This document shows positions 1-36,275 of a DNA stretch of 64,000 nucleotides, piece after piece. The notes beneath the pieces are model-generated. The model saw only the letters and a list, made by a program, of their open reading frames with translations. It ran no database searches and was not told where the DNA came from. Position 1 is the first letter of the stretch. The number at the start of each line of letters is the position of its first letter. The DNA comes from the human T2T-CHM13v2.0 reference genome, Homo sapiens, in NCBI RefSeq assembly GCF_009914755.1, contig NC_060946.1. One strand, 5' to 3'. A program made the position numbers and the translations under genes.

Positions 1-305
1 CCCGAGTAGCTGGGATTACAGGCATGCGCCACCACACCCAGCTAATTTTGTATTTTTAGTAGAGAAGGGGTTTCTCCATGTTGAGGCTGGTCTCGAACTC
101 CTGACCTCAGGTGATCCGCCTGCCTCGGCCTCCCAAAGTGCTGGGATTACAGGCATGCGCCACCACACCCAGCTAATTTTGTATTTTTAGTAGAGAAGGG
201 GTTTCTCCATGTTGAGGCTGGTCTCGAACTCCTGACCTCAGGTGATCCGCCTGCCTCGGCCTCCCAAAGTGCTGGGATTACAGGCATGAGCCACCGTGCC
301 TGGCC
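1..305 (-). repeat. Alu with an internal 131-bp tandem duplication
   Basis: Unit starts at 9, 140 and 271. Confidence 0.9.
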
Positions 306-689
306 AAAATTTATTTTTTTAATTAAAGTAGGCCAGGCACGGTGACTCATGCCTATAATCACAGAGCTTTGGGAGGGTGAGGCAGGAGGACTGCTTGATG
401 CCAGGAGTTGGAGACCAGCCTGGGCAACGTAGTCAGACCCCCATCTCTACAAAAAAAAAAAAAATTATTGAAAGATTAGCTGGGCATCGTGGTCCATTCC
501 TGTAGCCCTAGCTGCCTGGGAGATTGAGGTGAGGATCCCTTGAACCCAGGTGTTCAAGGCTACAGTGAGCAGGGATTGAGCCACTGCTCTCCAGCCTGAG
601 TGACAGAGCAAGATCGTGTCTCAAAAAAAAAAAAAAGGTAAAGCAAAGCAAAACATGCTCATTAACACTCTCATTAATGACTGTACATT

Positions 690-1201
690 TGTTGTACTTG
701 AGCGAGTTAGAAAAACGCCACACTTTGAGATGAATTTAGAGTCCTTTATTAGCCGGTGACCGAGAGACGGCTAACGGTCAAAATTCTCTCAGCCCTGAGG
801 AAGAGGCTTGATTAACTTTTATATCTTGGTTTAGGAAGTGGGGGGGGGGGTCTAGTTAAAAGAATTTTACAGAAGTTAAGTAGTCAAAAAGTTAAAAGGA
901 TAAATGGTTACAGGAAAGTGAACAGTTCCAGGTGCAGGGGCTTTAAGACTATTACAAGGTGATAGACGCGGGGCTTTGGGCGTTATCAATCAGATGAATT
1001 CTTGGCGACTGCGGATACAGCTTGCCACAGTATCTTATCAGTTAATTGCATTCTTGGATGTGCTGGGAGTCAGCTTGCATGAGTTAAGTGCTTGAGGAAG
1101 GGGCTGCCAGTGAAAGAGTCAAGATGGAGTTTGTCTGGTTCTCTTAGCTAAGGGAGAAACAAGGCCAGGTGAATAAGGAAAAAACAAGGTTGGGCATTAC
1201 A
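690..1201 (-). mobile_element. Solo ERV1 LTR, LTR6 family (HERV-S71)
   Basis: TG...CA ends (minus strand starts TGTAATGCCCAACCTTG); 4-bp TSD CATT at 686-689 and 1202-1205; TATAAAA and AATAAA on the minus strand. Family assigned from recalled consensus. Confidence 0.8.
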
Positions 1202-1207
1202 CATTTT

Positions 1208-1593
<386 letters not shown>

Positions 1594-4400
1594 CTACTAA
1601 ATTAGCCGGGCGTGGTGGCACATACCTGTAATCCCAGCTACTCGGGAGGCCAAGGCAGGAGAATCGATTGAACCTGGGAGGCGGAGAATGCAGTGAGCGA
1701 GATCGCGCCATTGCATTCAAGCCTGGGCAACAACAGTAAATGTCCGTCTCACCAAAAAAAATAAATAAACCTAATGTTCTTGGCCATGTCTGTTCCAGGG
1801 TCCAGTCCAGAATACCACATTGCATTTAGTGTCAGTTTTTATTTCACCGACGTAGCTTAGGGGCCTTGTCTTGCTGATGAAGGAGGAACTCCTGGGAAAC
1901 CTTTGTCTCTCACAAGTGTTTATGTGAACACTTCATACACTCCTGTGTCTCTGGATGTGGCTACCATGTTAACATAAAAAAGGGGTGAGAAGATAACATC
2001 TTAAGAATTCCCGCCAGAATCCATGCCCTCCAGAATCCACGCCCTCCCCCACCCCCGCTTGCTGCTGCTTTTGTGAGCCCTTTTAGGGAGACTGGGAGAG
2101 GATGTTCTTAGCAGTTCTCAGCCACTTCAACCCGCAGACATTGATTGAGGCCCTACTGTGTGCAAGGTCCTCTGGTAGACGCTATGGGGAAAAACAAAGT
2201 TGAATGAGACCTTTTTCCACTTTTTAGGGCAGACATCCAGCCAGAGAGGCAGCCAGACCCAATGGACTGCAACACCACATAGGGGTGAGAGGCAGGTGGC
2301 AGCAGCAGTAATGGAGATGGGGAGATGCATTTCACCTGGGAGGATCGTAGAGCGCTTCCTGGAGCAGGTGATTCTGAACTATGCCTTAAAAGAAGGGTAT
2401 GATTTCAATGGTAAAGGCAAAGGGGAACTGTGTTCTGGGCTGAAGGAGCAGTGTAAGCAAAGATACAGAAGTGTGAAAACTGGGGGCAGGTGCATAGAAT
2501 GAGCAGCCCAACATTCCTGGAGTTAAATGTGGTATAAAAGAGAGAGGGGCTCCAGAGAAGGCTTTCCATGCTGGGGCAGGAATCCACCTCCCTCCAGCAG
2601 GCGGTGAGAAGCAGCGGAGACTCCCACACAGGGAAGTAAGATCGGAGCTACAGCTGAGCTCCAGGGGGGTGCTGGTGGCATGGCACAAAGTGATTTCTCT
2701 TGTCTTCTTGGGGTGACGACGAGCTAGCCAGCCCAGGGGGTGGGAGGTGGGGAGGGTCACAGGAATGAAAGTGAAGAGAGGCAGGTGGGGAAAGGCTGAG
2801 GTGTGATAACAGGATGTGAGTGTGAAGATGAGGATGGGGGCGGGGGGGGGCGGTGGAAGTGGGGGACTGAGGCCGCGAATCTGCTGGACAGAGGGGGTGG
2901 GTGCCTCTGTGTTGAAGGGGCTGGTAGAGCCACAGCAGGTTGAGATGGAGGTCAGGTCCCCACCCCTGAGTCAGGCTGGAGCCTGGCGCCCAGGCATAAA
3001 TTTGGTGTCATCAGTGAAGAGGGTCTGCCAATGGGTCCTCAGGGCAGAAGAGGAAAGAGACCAACCCACCTCATAGGGGTCATGTCCTCAATGCCTCTGT
3101 TACTCCAGGATCTTTGACCCCTTGTATAACTTGTAAAAGGGTCCAGGCCCATAGAAAGCCAAACTGTTTACTGAGCTGATGGACTGTACCGTGCATGGAC
3201 CTTTCTAGAAGCAGTTTTGTCATCTCCCAGCCCCTAGCCTCCCCAGGGCCCCACCACTCAGAATAAGGGCCAAGCTCCTCGGCCCCACATGCAAGGCCTG
3301 TTGTAACCTAATGCCACACCAAGCTCCAGTCCATCATCCGCCCTTGCCCACTTTTTCTAGCCATTGACAACCTTCCCTGCATTGCGGCTCCACCGGGAAG
3401 CTCCCTTAACTTCTGCAGCCCAAGGTCTTCTCTGTCTCCAGGGGTTGGCTCCCCTGTCCCGGTCTAGGGAGAACTCGCTGTAAAGATCTTTCCCCACCTT
3501 AGCGTGCTGTACTGTAGCTCGCCACTCATGAGCGCTGCTGGACTGGAGCCCGAGGGACCACATCCCATTTACTCCCAGAGCTTCCAACTAGCAAATGGTA
3601 GTGAAGGAACAGGAAGTCCTGTTTTGAGAGCCCCCAGCTAAACTGGGCTTCCAGTACCAGAGCAGCCAGCAACCTGCCCTAAGCAGAAAGGTAGGGGGCT
3701 AGACGTGGATGTGTGCAGTGCACCTTTCACAGGATACTTCTTGTAACTAGTGGACAACCTCATGCCTAGTGTCTGACCTATGACCAGAGGCCCCTCACAT
3801 GGGAAAGGCCCTAGTGGCTCTGGTGAGACCCATGTCTGGTTTATGCTGCCTGACCATTGCTCTGGCACCGGGAGCCCGGCCTAGGGCAGCCCCTGGTTGT
3901 TCTGATGGAAAGTGCAAATTCAACCCACCACCGCGGGAGGAAACAAGTCCAAAGATTTTTAATACAGAACCTGGGCAAGGGAAGTGTAATGAGACTGGAG
4001 GGAAGTCCTCGTCCCTGGTCACGGGAGGCAGGAGTGAAGAGTCAGGCAGAAAGAGCACGTGGCAACTAACAGCAGATAGAAGGGAATGATCATGGGTCAA
4101 TAAGTTTGCTGACCAAATGCCTGACTGTTCTTTTTAAAGGAAGCATCAGAAAAGCAGGAGTGCAGTCTGCTAGGCAGAAGAGATGCCTCTAAGCGTTATT
4201 TTATTTTTGAGTGGTTGTGGTAGTGGGGGTGGGTGGGTCTCACTATGTTGCCCAGCCCTGGTCTCGAACTCCTGGCCTCAAGCAATCTTCCTGCCTTGGA
4301 TTACAGACCTGAGCCTATTCCCACCCTGTCAGGCCTCTGACTTCTTATCTCTGCAGTCCTTTGGGTGTGGTGTAGACCTGGAAACTGCCAAGGGTGACTG

Positions 4401-5387
4401 TGTAGGGACCAGCCCCACAGGGTCAGTGGGTTTTTCTCCCCATGTGCAGAGACGAGAGATTGTAGAAATAAAGACACAAGACAAAGACATAAAAGACAGC
4501 TGGGCCCAGGGGACCACTACCACCAAGACGCAGAGACCGGTAGTGGCCCCAAATGCCAGGCTGTGCTGATATTTATTGGATACAAGACAAAGGGGCAGGG
4601 TAAGGAGTGTGAGCCATCTCCAATGATAGATAAGTTCACGTGGGTCACATGTCCATGGGACAGGGGGCCCTTCCCCGCCTGGCACCCAAGGCAGAGAGAG
4701 AGGAGAGAGAGACAGCTTACACCATTATTTCTGCATATCAGAGACTTTTAGTACTTTCACTAATTTGCTACTGCTATCTAGAGGGCAGAGCCAGGTGTAC
4801 AGAGTGGAACATGAAAGTGAAACAGGAGTGTGACCGCTGAAGCACAGCATCACAGGGAGACGGTTAGGCCTCCGGATAACTGTGGGCAATCAGTCAGGCC
4901 CTCCACAAGAGGTGTGGAGCAGAGTCTTCTCTAAACTACCCCGGGGAAAGGGAGACTCCCTTTCCCGGTCTGCTAAGTAGCAGGTGTTTCTCCTTGGCAC
5001 TGATGCTACCGCTAGACCACGGTCCGCTTGGCAACGGGCGTCTTCCCAGACGCTGGCATTACCGCTAGACCAAGGAGCCCTCTGGTGGCCCTGTCTGGGC
5101 ATAACAGAAGGCTCGCACTCCTGTCTTCCGGTCACTTCTCGCTATGTCCCCTCAGCTCCTATCCCTGTATGGCCTGATTTTTCCTAGGTTATGATTGTAG
5201 AGTGAGGATTATTATAATATTGGAATAAAGAGTAATTGCTACAAACTAATGATTAATGATATTCATATATAATCATATCTATGATCTATATCTAGTATAA
5301 CTATTCTTATTTTATATATTTTATTATACTGGTACGGCTCGTGCCCTCGGTCTCTTGCCTTGGCACCTGGGTGGCTTGCCGCCCACA
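4401..5387 (-). mobile_element. Solo ERVK-class LTR13/LTR13A
   Basis: Minus strand starts TGTGGGCGGCAAGCCACCCAGG; 987 bp; TSD GACTG at 4396-4400 and 5388-5392. Confidence 0.85.
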
Positions 5388-5479
5388 GACTGAGCCCTAC
5401 TTCTGGTAGGAAAAATTTGAATCTTATCAAAATGGATGCCAAGGCAACATAAAATTATAAGAAATCACTATCAGTACTT

Positions 5480-6318
<839 letters not shown>

Positions 6319-6886
6319 TGTACAACAATTATTAAGACTGGCTTGTGCCAGGCTCTGCTGAGAATCCCAGGACACGGTGGGGACACGGTGGACGCAGGCT
6401 GTCCGTCAAGGGGGCTAGTAAGCCACTAAACAAAGGGTAGCCTTCAGCCCTGCGGCGCGGGCCAGCGAGCATTCAGAGGCCCAACTCGCTGTGGTTGCTC
6501 CCCGGGTCTGGTCCCGCGCGGACGTGGGGGCGGCCATCAGGACTGCCCGGGGGTTGGCGCCCTGCTGGGTTCCAAGCCGGTGGGCGCGGACAGTGTGGCG
6601 GGAAGGCCGGGCCTGGCGGGTGGGGGCGCGGCCTGGCGGTGGGGGTGGACCTTCCTGGGGTGGAGCCCGCGGCTGTGGGAGCAGGGCCCGCCGGGGCTCG
6701 GGCAGGGCGGTGGGAAGGCGGGGCCTTCTGAGTGGGGGCGGGGACTGCTGGAGTTGCGGGGCCTGCCTGGGGTAGGGCGGGGCAGGACAGCTTGGAGATA
6801 GGGCCCGGAATTGCGGGCGTCACTCTGCTCCTGCGACCTAGCCAGGCGTGAGGGAGTGACAGCAGCGCATTCGCGGGACGAGAGCG

Positions 6887-26920
<20,034 letters not shown>

Positions 26921-27145
26921 CTCTGGGCCTGGAACTATGAAGACCTAGTGCTCCCAGACTCAACACTGGGACTCTGAGTTCCTGAGCCCCACAACAAGGC
27001 CAGGGATGGTGGGGACAGGCCTCACTAGTCTTGAGGCCCAGCCTAGGATGGTAGTCAGGGGAAGGAGCGAGATTCCAACTTCAACATCTGTGACCTCAAG
27101 AGGGAGACAGAGTCTGGGTTCCAGGGCTGCTTTCTCCTGGCTAAT

Positions 27146-27230
27146 AATAAATATCCAGCCAGCTGGAGGAAGGAAGGGCAGGCTGGGCCCACCTAGCCTT
27201 TCCCTGCTGCCCAACTGGATGGAAAATAAA
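27146..27230 (+). terminator. SERHL2 polyadenylation signals (AATAAA at 27146-27151 and 27225-27230)
   Basis: Two canonical hexamers 225-310 nt after the stop; the distal one is followed by a T/GT-rich tract. Confidence 0.75.
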
Positions 27231-30200
27231 AGGTTCTTGTATTCTCACTGCTTTTGAGGCTTTTTTGTTGCCAGCAAGGGCTTTTGCATTGAGGGAAAAG
27301 GAAGCACAGAACGGATTCATCCAGGGTCCTCAAGGGTGTGGAGGCAAGAGGTGGGAAGGACAAGTCCTCCTCTCGGCACGCCTGGGTCTCCAGGACTGCT
27401 GAAGCACAAGACCCGAGGGGTGGCCTGGTCCTTCACTCCTGGCCTGTGTGGACTCTGATGGGGCTGTTGGACGCGATGGCCTTCAACCTGGGGCCCGTTG
27501 GCCAGAGCTCGGCCTCTCAGAGACCGCTGCAGGCCCTGCCTCACCTCATGTTCCTCCTGGCCCTGCACCTCCAGCCATCCACTGCGGCTCTCACGGCTCA
27601 GTAGGGTCGGAATTTGCGCTGGGCCCGCAGCAGCTCGATCCTCTGCTTGTCCTCCTCAAACTTCTTGCGCAGCTGCGCTAGATCTGGGGGTGAGAGGAGG
27701 CGCGGGGCAGGGTCAGACAGCGCGCCCCGGGGAAGCTGGCTTGCTCATGCCCCACCCCTCCTCCCAGTTACTGTGGGGGTGGGGCTATGTCTCCCCCACC
27801 AGCCCATCCCCCTCCCAGCTCTGCTGTGGGGGCAGGGTCTGGATCTTGTCAGGAAACAGAACCGACGGCAGGCCAGGCCGAGTCCAAGGGCAAGGCCAAA
27901 GTGGGAGATGCTGGCACCCCCAGCCTGGAGATGAAGCCCTAGCGACAAAGCAAAGGTACCCGCCCCCACCCCCATCCCTGCACAGGGGGAAGGAAGGAGT
28001 CTTGAGCGCTCGGCCTGGAGAACCCTGAGAATCAGTAAAGGCACCCCAGCCCTTGTGCTGGTGAATGCAGATGGCAACCCTGGTCAGTGGGAGGCTGATG
28101 GCACTGAGGGGGAAGCTGAGGGTCTAGAGCGAGCACGAGCGGGAGCCAGGAGGGCCAGCCAGGCAGGGAAAGCACCAGTGACTGGGCGGGCGGCTCAGGG
28201 CCTGCCGCAGAGCCCGTCCCTGTGCCCTAGCCAGGGCCAGGAGAACCCTCCCCTGGGCCCACAGGGAAGCTGTTCTGTAGACAGGGACACCAGGCAGTGG
28301 GGCAGGAGGCTCAGCCGCAGCACCAGGAGTGGGCCACAGGCGATCGGGCCCACAGGCATGGGAGGGTCCTGTGCGGGGCCACCTGACAGACACACACACA
28401 CACACACCCACCACCAACCCAACACACATACTCTGCAGCACCTTCTCTGCACCCACAGTGGGTTCAGAAGCCCCCTCTGCACTTGAACGCGTTAGCTGGA
28501 GGCTGACGAGCGCCAGCACTAAGTGCACAGGAACCCAGAGGTGGGCACTGATGACCTAGGGTCCCCACCCACTGAGCAAATGCATCTGCCCCTGGGGGGT
28601 GATGGGGAACCGCCACACAGGGTGCTGCCAGGCTGGGCCTCTTTCCACAGAGTCTGGTGCGAGCCCCGTGCTTAGGGACGCCCTCCCTCCTCGACCACCA
28701 AGTCCAGCGCCCGCCCTCAGGAGCACTGGCCACAGGCCTCATCCGTGGCTGGGGCCAAGGCCGAGGGGTCTGAGGATGGACTCGGGGTGGCTTACGCTCC
28801 ATCTTGCTCTCTCGATGCTGCCAGGCGTAGTTGAGCAGCTCTTTTTGGCTGCGCTTCCGTCTCTCCCTCTCCAGCACCCGCAAGCTGGCTGCCTCAGTCC
28901 GGGGGAGCACAGGCCGCCGGCCCCGGCGGGTCACCTTCACCCAGCCCTCCTCGTCAGGGACCCCCTCCTCCTCCTTGGCCTTAGCTTCTTCCTGCAAGGA
29001 AGGTGATCCCATCGTCCGGTGGGCGCCTGGGACCTCCCGCAGCCTCCAGCAGCGCGCCCTCCACGCCCTCCTCCCAAAGTCAGAACTGCCCTGAGCCCCC
29101 GCAGGGGAGGGCTGCTCCCCTCCTCCCAGCACAGTGTTGGGGCTAAGGAGGGCGGGGAGGGCACGGACCTGCTGGCGCTGCCTCCTTCTCCACTGTAGAC
29201 CATGTGGAGACTACATGTGTCACCCAACCAGGCAGCCCAGGATCCAGCAGGGAAACAGGGAGCCTGGCCTCTACAGAGTGGCCAAGGACAGGACACCACT
29301 GCCCTCCCTCTGGGGCGCCACCTTCCCACAGCCACACGGGCGATGCGGGGCTCGGCCGACCCCGCGGGGCCTCTACCTCAGCGATCTTCTGGTCATATGC
29401 CTCCATGAACGTGTCCACTTCCACCCTCAGGGCCTCAGGGTCGGGCACAGAGTCTGCGTAGTCACTGATCCATTCTGAGGAAAAGGGAGCCAGGGAAACG
29501 GGGCTTCCTCAGGCCTGGCATTTGGGCCCCACCCCAGGGCCTGCCAGGCAAATTGGGACCTTTTCCCACAGGGCCCGGGGCACAGGCGCTAAGGAGATCC
29601 CAGGGGCTGCAAGCTGCGCCCTCGCTCTGCCTGCCCAGTATGCCTGTGCCGCTCTGTGCCAGGGGCTCAGGCTAATGACTCCCTGGGGACCCAGACACAG
29701 CCCCATGGTCCTCCTGCCCAGGCCTCCACATGCTGCTCTCAGGGAGCATGGACTTGGCTTGTGACATTCAGACACTGTCCCCATAGAGTGTCCTGCCAAC
29801 CCGGAGCCCAGAAAGGAGGCGCCAGACCCCTCCCGCAGTACTAACTGTGAATGCCACTCTTCACAGGGTGGCTCTCTGTGGACACCAGCAGGGGGCCCTT
29901 CAGGGCCAAGGCCGCTGACACCCCACTTGGCTTCTGGAACACCACGTAGGCTACCTGGAAACCCTGAAGAGAGAGAGATGTCAGAGGTTGGGGGCTCCTT
30001 CCCACGTCTGGCACAAGGTCTCCAGGCCTGCCCTCAGCCTAGGTGGTAGCTACACCAGGGGAGACGGTGCTAGGCTATTCCTGAGCCATGAAGAGAACCA
30101 CAGGCCATCCCATAATCCAGGTCAGGGGCAGCCACACTTCCAGTGATCCTGCTTCTTCGCGAAGTGACAGCTGTTCCCAACTCCTCCCCAGGAAGAGAGG

Positions 30201-31719
30201 ATACAGAGGCTTCCTTTCTTCCAGTCACGGGAGGGATGCGGTGAAACGCAGGGGTCGCCCTGGGCCACGGCAGGTTTTTGGAAGCCAGGCCTGGGCACAC
30301 ACACCATGCCAGATGCCACTGTGTGGGGAGGAGGTGTGGGCTCCAGGGCCACTGGGAAAGCTGTGAACAACAGTGCTCCTGGAGACCCGGCCCCCAAGCC
30401 TGGGGAAGGAGCTCCCTCAGTGGGGAAGCAGGAGGGGAGCCGGGGAAGGCCCTGCAGGTGGCCAGCAGAGACGGTCCGTGAGCTTTAACACGGGACAGAA
30501 AAAGCCAGGCAGGAAGTGCAAGGATGTGGCAAATCTGGGAAGGAATCGCAGGCTTTGTCAGCCGGACAGTCTCCTACACCACACACAGTGAGGATGGGCT
30601 CAGGACCAGAGAATGCTCTGACGTCCCACTGCCAGCTCCCCTACCACACTGGGGACAGTGCCCCACCACCCCCCTCACTCTAGTGGAACCCAGTGCTTGG
30701 CGGCTCACCGGAACTGGCTTTGGATGAAAAAACTTCGACCTTGACTCCCAGCCAGCTCCAGCTTCTCCTTCAACTCTACAGACTGGACAAGGCCACAGGT
30801 GGACTGGAGGCAGGACAGGCTCTCCTGCTGCAGGGAGAGGGAAGCCAAGTGTGAGCATCCGCAGGGCCATCCCAAAGCCTCCCTCCACCATGGGTGGCGC
30901 TGCCAGGGATCCAGCGCCGCTGAAGGACTCAGAGCCACAGCCACATCTGCCCAAGCCGGGAGACTGTGGGCACCATGGCCTCCGACCTGTTCCCCAGGGA
31001 CAATATGGAGGTCGATATTCCTGCTCTTTTTTTTTAATTTTTTTGAGTTGGAGTATTGCTCTGTAACCCTGGCTAGAGTGCTATAGAGTGATCTCGGCTC
31101 ACTGCAACCTCCATCTCCAGGTTTCAAGTGATTCTCGTGCCTCAGTCTCCCGAGCAGCCAGGATTACAGGCACCCACCACCATACCCAGCTAATTTTTGT
31201 ATTTTGAGTAGAGACAGGGTTCTGCCATGTTGGCCAGGCTGGTCTTGAACTCCTGACCTCAGGTGATCTGCCCGCCTCGGCCTCCCAAAATGCTGGGATT
31301 ACAGGCGTGAGCCACTGTGCCCGGCACATTCCTGCTCTCTCTCATTGGAGACAGGTGGGGACATTCTTGCTGTTATTCTGATTTCCTATGACAAGTTTTA
31401 CTACCTGAATCAGCAGTAGCGACCCTATGCTGTGACAGTTGGGATGGTGGTTGTCTCTGGTGGAGGCAGTGGGGGTTCGGGGGTTCTGGGATGTGCTGCT
31501 GTGTCTCCACCTGGGTGCTGACTACACAGCTATGTTCTGTCTCTGGGATGCAGCGAGCTGGACACTTGCGACTGGGGCCCTTCCCGGCACACATGCTGCA
31601 CTTCAAAAAAGGTCAGAACTCACACCCCCTCTTCTATATGCTTCTTTTTTTCTCTAAGTTTAGAGGAATCTTTTACAAATTAGGGTTTCTTTTTTGAAAA
31701 CAAATCCAGCAATTCCCTT

Positions 31720-32040
31720 GGCCAGGGGCGGTGGCTCACGCATGTAATCCCAGCACGTTGGGAGGCTGAAGGGGGCGGATTACTTCAGGTCAGGAGTTCG
31801 AGACCAGCCTGGCCAACATGGTGAAACCTTGTCTATACTAACAATACAAAAACGAGCCGGGCATGGTGGTGGGCGCCTGTAATTCCAGCTGCTCGGGATG
31901 CTGTGGCAGGAGAATCGCTTGAACCCAGGAAGTGGAGGTTGCAGTGAGTCGTGATCGCTGTGCTCCAGCCTGAGCAAGAGAGAGACTCTGTCTCAAAAAA
32001 AAAAAAAAAAAAAAAAAAAGAACAAAGAAAAAAGAAAAGA
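31720..32040 (+). mobile_element. AluS with 18-bp TSD
   Basis: AAATCCAGCAATTCCCTT on both sides. Confidence 0.88.
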
Positions 32041-32193
32041 AAATCCAGCAATTCCCTTTAGTTTCTGTAAAAAAAAAAAAAAAGAAAAGAAAAATTAACA
32101 GTTGTGTTTGGATAGAATTAGAGGCACTTTTATTTTCTTATACTTTCCTACTTTTAAATTATGGACATGTACAATCTGGAAGAAAACATGTAA

Positions 32194-32928
<735 letters not shown>

Positions 32929-34549
32929 TGACTGGAGATCACGGTAGCCTTCCTGACACTCTCCTCTGGGGCTCCCATTAGCTATGTCCATCTCACCACC
33001 AAGGACTCGGTGGAGGCCATGGGAGCCCCCAGGTCCCATGGGACCTTGAGCCAACAGGTCCCCTCCCAGACACCAGCTCACCTCTGTGCAGTATGGGGGC
33101 ACATTGAAGACAAAAAGAGTCCTCTTCTGAGGCCAGGTGGACTTGGTGCCTTGTTGAATGCCGTGTGCTCTCACATAGAGGTAGTGAGAAGCCTGTTGCT
33201 TTTCAGAGAACTTGATTGGAATAGCTGGAAAGGAAATGGGAGGGGAGGGATGGCCAGGCTACCCTGAGCTGAGGCCAGCGAGACACTCACACAACTTCCT
33301 TTCTCCACATCCCTGTCTAGTCCTATCTGTTCATCGATCCATCCATCCCTTCACCAACCCCCCTTACCCTACTCTTTGGCAAAGCCTGTGCGGGCTCTAA
33401 GAGTCTGCCCAGGAGGGCCTCCCAAGGCGGTGCAGGGAGAGAGAAGATAAATGGGCAATGATTACAGATGGGGGCGCAATGAGAGGGAAGCTCGAACCCT
33501 GCGGCTCTTGGAGTCAACGCCAAAATCCTAACCATGGCTGGAAGCCCCGTGAGACCCTGCCTGTCACTGTGACCTCTTCTCGTACCATCTTCCCCCAGCA
33601 CCTTGGATTCTCTGTTCCCCCGGGTACACCAGGGCCTCACACATGCTGGCCTCTCTACCTGGCGTGTCACCCTCTTCCCTCCCGCTCACCTCAGGTTTAG
33701 CTCAAACCTCGCTTCCTCAGGAGAGCCTTAGCATCACCTCCGCCCCTCCTGCCAGCTCAGATCCCACTGCCTGTGCCTTCACAGCTTCTCTTAACAGTCT
33801 GGGGGCTATATTGATGAGATTCTTTGGTTAATCGCTGGCACACCCATGACTGTAATCCTCATAAAGCTAGGAACTGCTTCTATTTTTCTCACACCTCCGT
33901 CACAGTACCGGTTGGCATAGAGCTGCGGTCCCTGAACTCAGGAAGCTCAGTTGCAATAACGGAGAAGACAATTAACAAGTAAGCATACAGCAAACTTGTA
34001 TCAATCGTGAAGGAAACATTACAGGGTGATGGGGTGGCAGAGGTCTTCCTTCCATAGGCCATCACGGATGGCCTCTTTGAGGAAGCAACATTAAAGCTCA
34101 GGCCAGAACGCCACTGTGCAACAAACCGGCACAGCACGTGCAAAAACCCAGAGGGGGGAAAAAGCATGTTCCCTCAGAGGAACAGAAAGAGCTTTAGGTC
34201 GGCACCAGCCAGACCACGTGGCCCACACAGGTTAAGAAGTCTGGTTTTTGTTTTAGAAGCTACCTGATAAAGCCACTGGAGGGAATGCAGTAGGTGTGGC
34301 GCCTATCGTGGGCGCGGCAGACATGATCGAATCTAAATGTCCTTAAAAGAACATTCTGGCACGTGGGTGGAGAACAGAAGCAGGGGCAAGAGGAGAAGGA
34401 GGGCAACCGAGTAGGAGGGCCTATAACAGCCCAGGTAAGAGCTGATGGGGGATGGACTAGGAGCAGAGGCGATGAGAAGGGGATGAGCTCACCTGGACAA
34501 GCAGGTGTGGACGGAAATGGGTTTGTCCTGGGTGAGAGTGTGGACAGAG

Positions 34550-35070
34550 GCGGGCTCACCCAAGGGAAGCGTGGACCAAGTTGGGCTCGCCCCGGGAGAG
34601 TGAGCAGGCAGAAGGGCGCCGCGTGGGTCCTCGGGACCCCGGAGCCTCAAGACCTGCGGAGCCTGGGGCCACGGGCCACCGGGGCTCACACCCAACCGTG
34701 CGGCCGCTCCTGGGGACCCCCGGCCGCCGCCAGCCCCCAAACACCTCCCGGCGATGCTGGCCGCCCCCGGTCTCGCGTTCCGGATCCCCTCACCTGCGTA
34801 GCACGGTGGGCTCGGGATACCGTCCTCCGGGTCCCGCGCCGCGAGCTTCGTCCTGCGCGCCACCATCTTGCCACCCGGGAGCGCGGGGGTCGCCGGGAGT
34901 TGCGGTTCGGCGCCGGCGCGAGCGCGTTTTTGTGGCGCCTGCCCCGCCCCCTCGCTCCAAGCCCGCCTCCCCGGCCCCGCCCGCCATGGCTCAACCTTCA
35001 TCCGCTCAGAGGCAAATCAGCGCGCCAAAGTGGGAGTGAATGTCAGAGTCGACCCCGGCCAGTCACGAGT
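34550..35070 (-). promoter_or_regulatory. CpG-island promoter of RRP7BP
   Basis: CpG-rich with GC boxes (ccccgccccc about 34942, ggccccgccc about 34973) upstream of the ATG at 34866. Confidence 0.8.
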
Positions 35071-35452
35071 GCGAACTCAGCTTTCCACTCATGCATTCAC
35101 ACGTTGAATAGGCAGTGTGAGAGAAATCCAGGATGGCTGCTAGCTTTTCAGTCTGAGCAACTAAGAGGATGGTGTTGCCATTGACTGACATGGGTAGACT
35201 GCAGGAGAGGGGCCAGCTTAGGGAAAATCGAGTAGATCAGTTCTCTGTGGGCCGTGGTGAGATGCCCATTAGGCCACTCAGGGGAGATGTCAGGTGGGCA
35301 ATCAGATATGAGACTCAATAGTCAACTATTTTTTTTTTTCTGCCGTCTCACTGTGTTGCCCAGGATGGAGTATAGTGGCATGATCACAGCTCACTGCGAC
35401 CTCTGCCTCCTGGGCACAAATGATCCTCCATTTCAGGCTCCTGAGTAGCTGA

Positions 35453-35720
<268 letters not shown>

Positions 35721-36275
35721 TGAATAGCTGGGATTACAAGCGCCCACCACCGCGCCCCTCTAATTTTTGTAATTTTTAGTAGAGACAGGGTTTTACCACG
35801 TTGGTTAGGCTGGTCTCAAACTCCTGATTTCATGCGATCTGCCTGCCTCGGCCTTCTGAAGTGCTGGGATTACAGGCGTGAGCCACCATGCTGGCCCCAA
35901 TAGGCAACTTCAAATGTGGTGTCAAGGCTCCCAGAGAATGTTCCAGGCACAGGAAATGGAGAAGTGACCATCTTTAAAAGCCTAGGCACAGAAATGGCAG
36001 AGTCACATCTGGTCAAAGTAGTAACAGAGCACACTTGGGTTCAGGAGGGGCACAGGACCCCACCTTCTGGAGAGGAGTATCAAGTAATTTGCATCCCTGG
36101 TGGGGAGCAGTGGCTCATGCCTGTAACTCCAACACTTTGAGAGGCTGAAGCAGGAGGATCACTTGTGCCCAGGAGTTCAAGACCATCCTGGGTATCATAG
36201 CAAGAATCTGTCTCTATTTTTTAAATAATTAAGTTCCACCCCAAATGTTGAAATCCCTGCAAGATTAAAACCCTT

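Noticed and set aside
34363-35184. 273-aa + strand ORF
   Set aside because: Antisense across the RRP7BP CpG island, with no recognisable domain.
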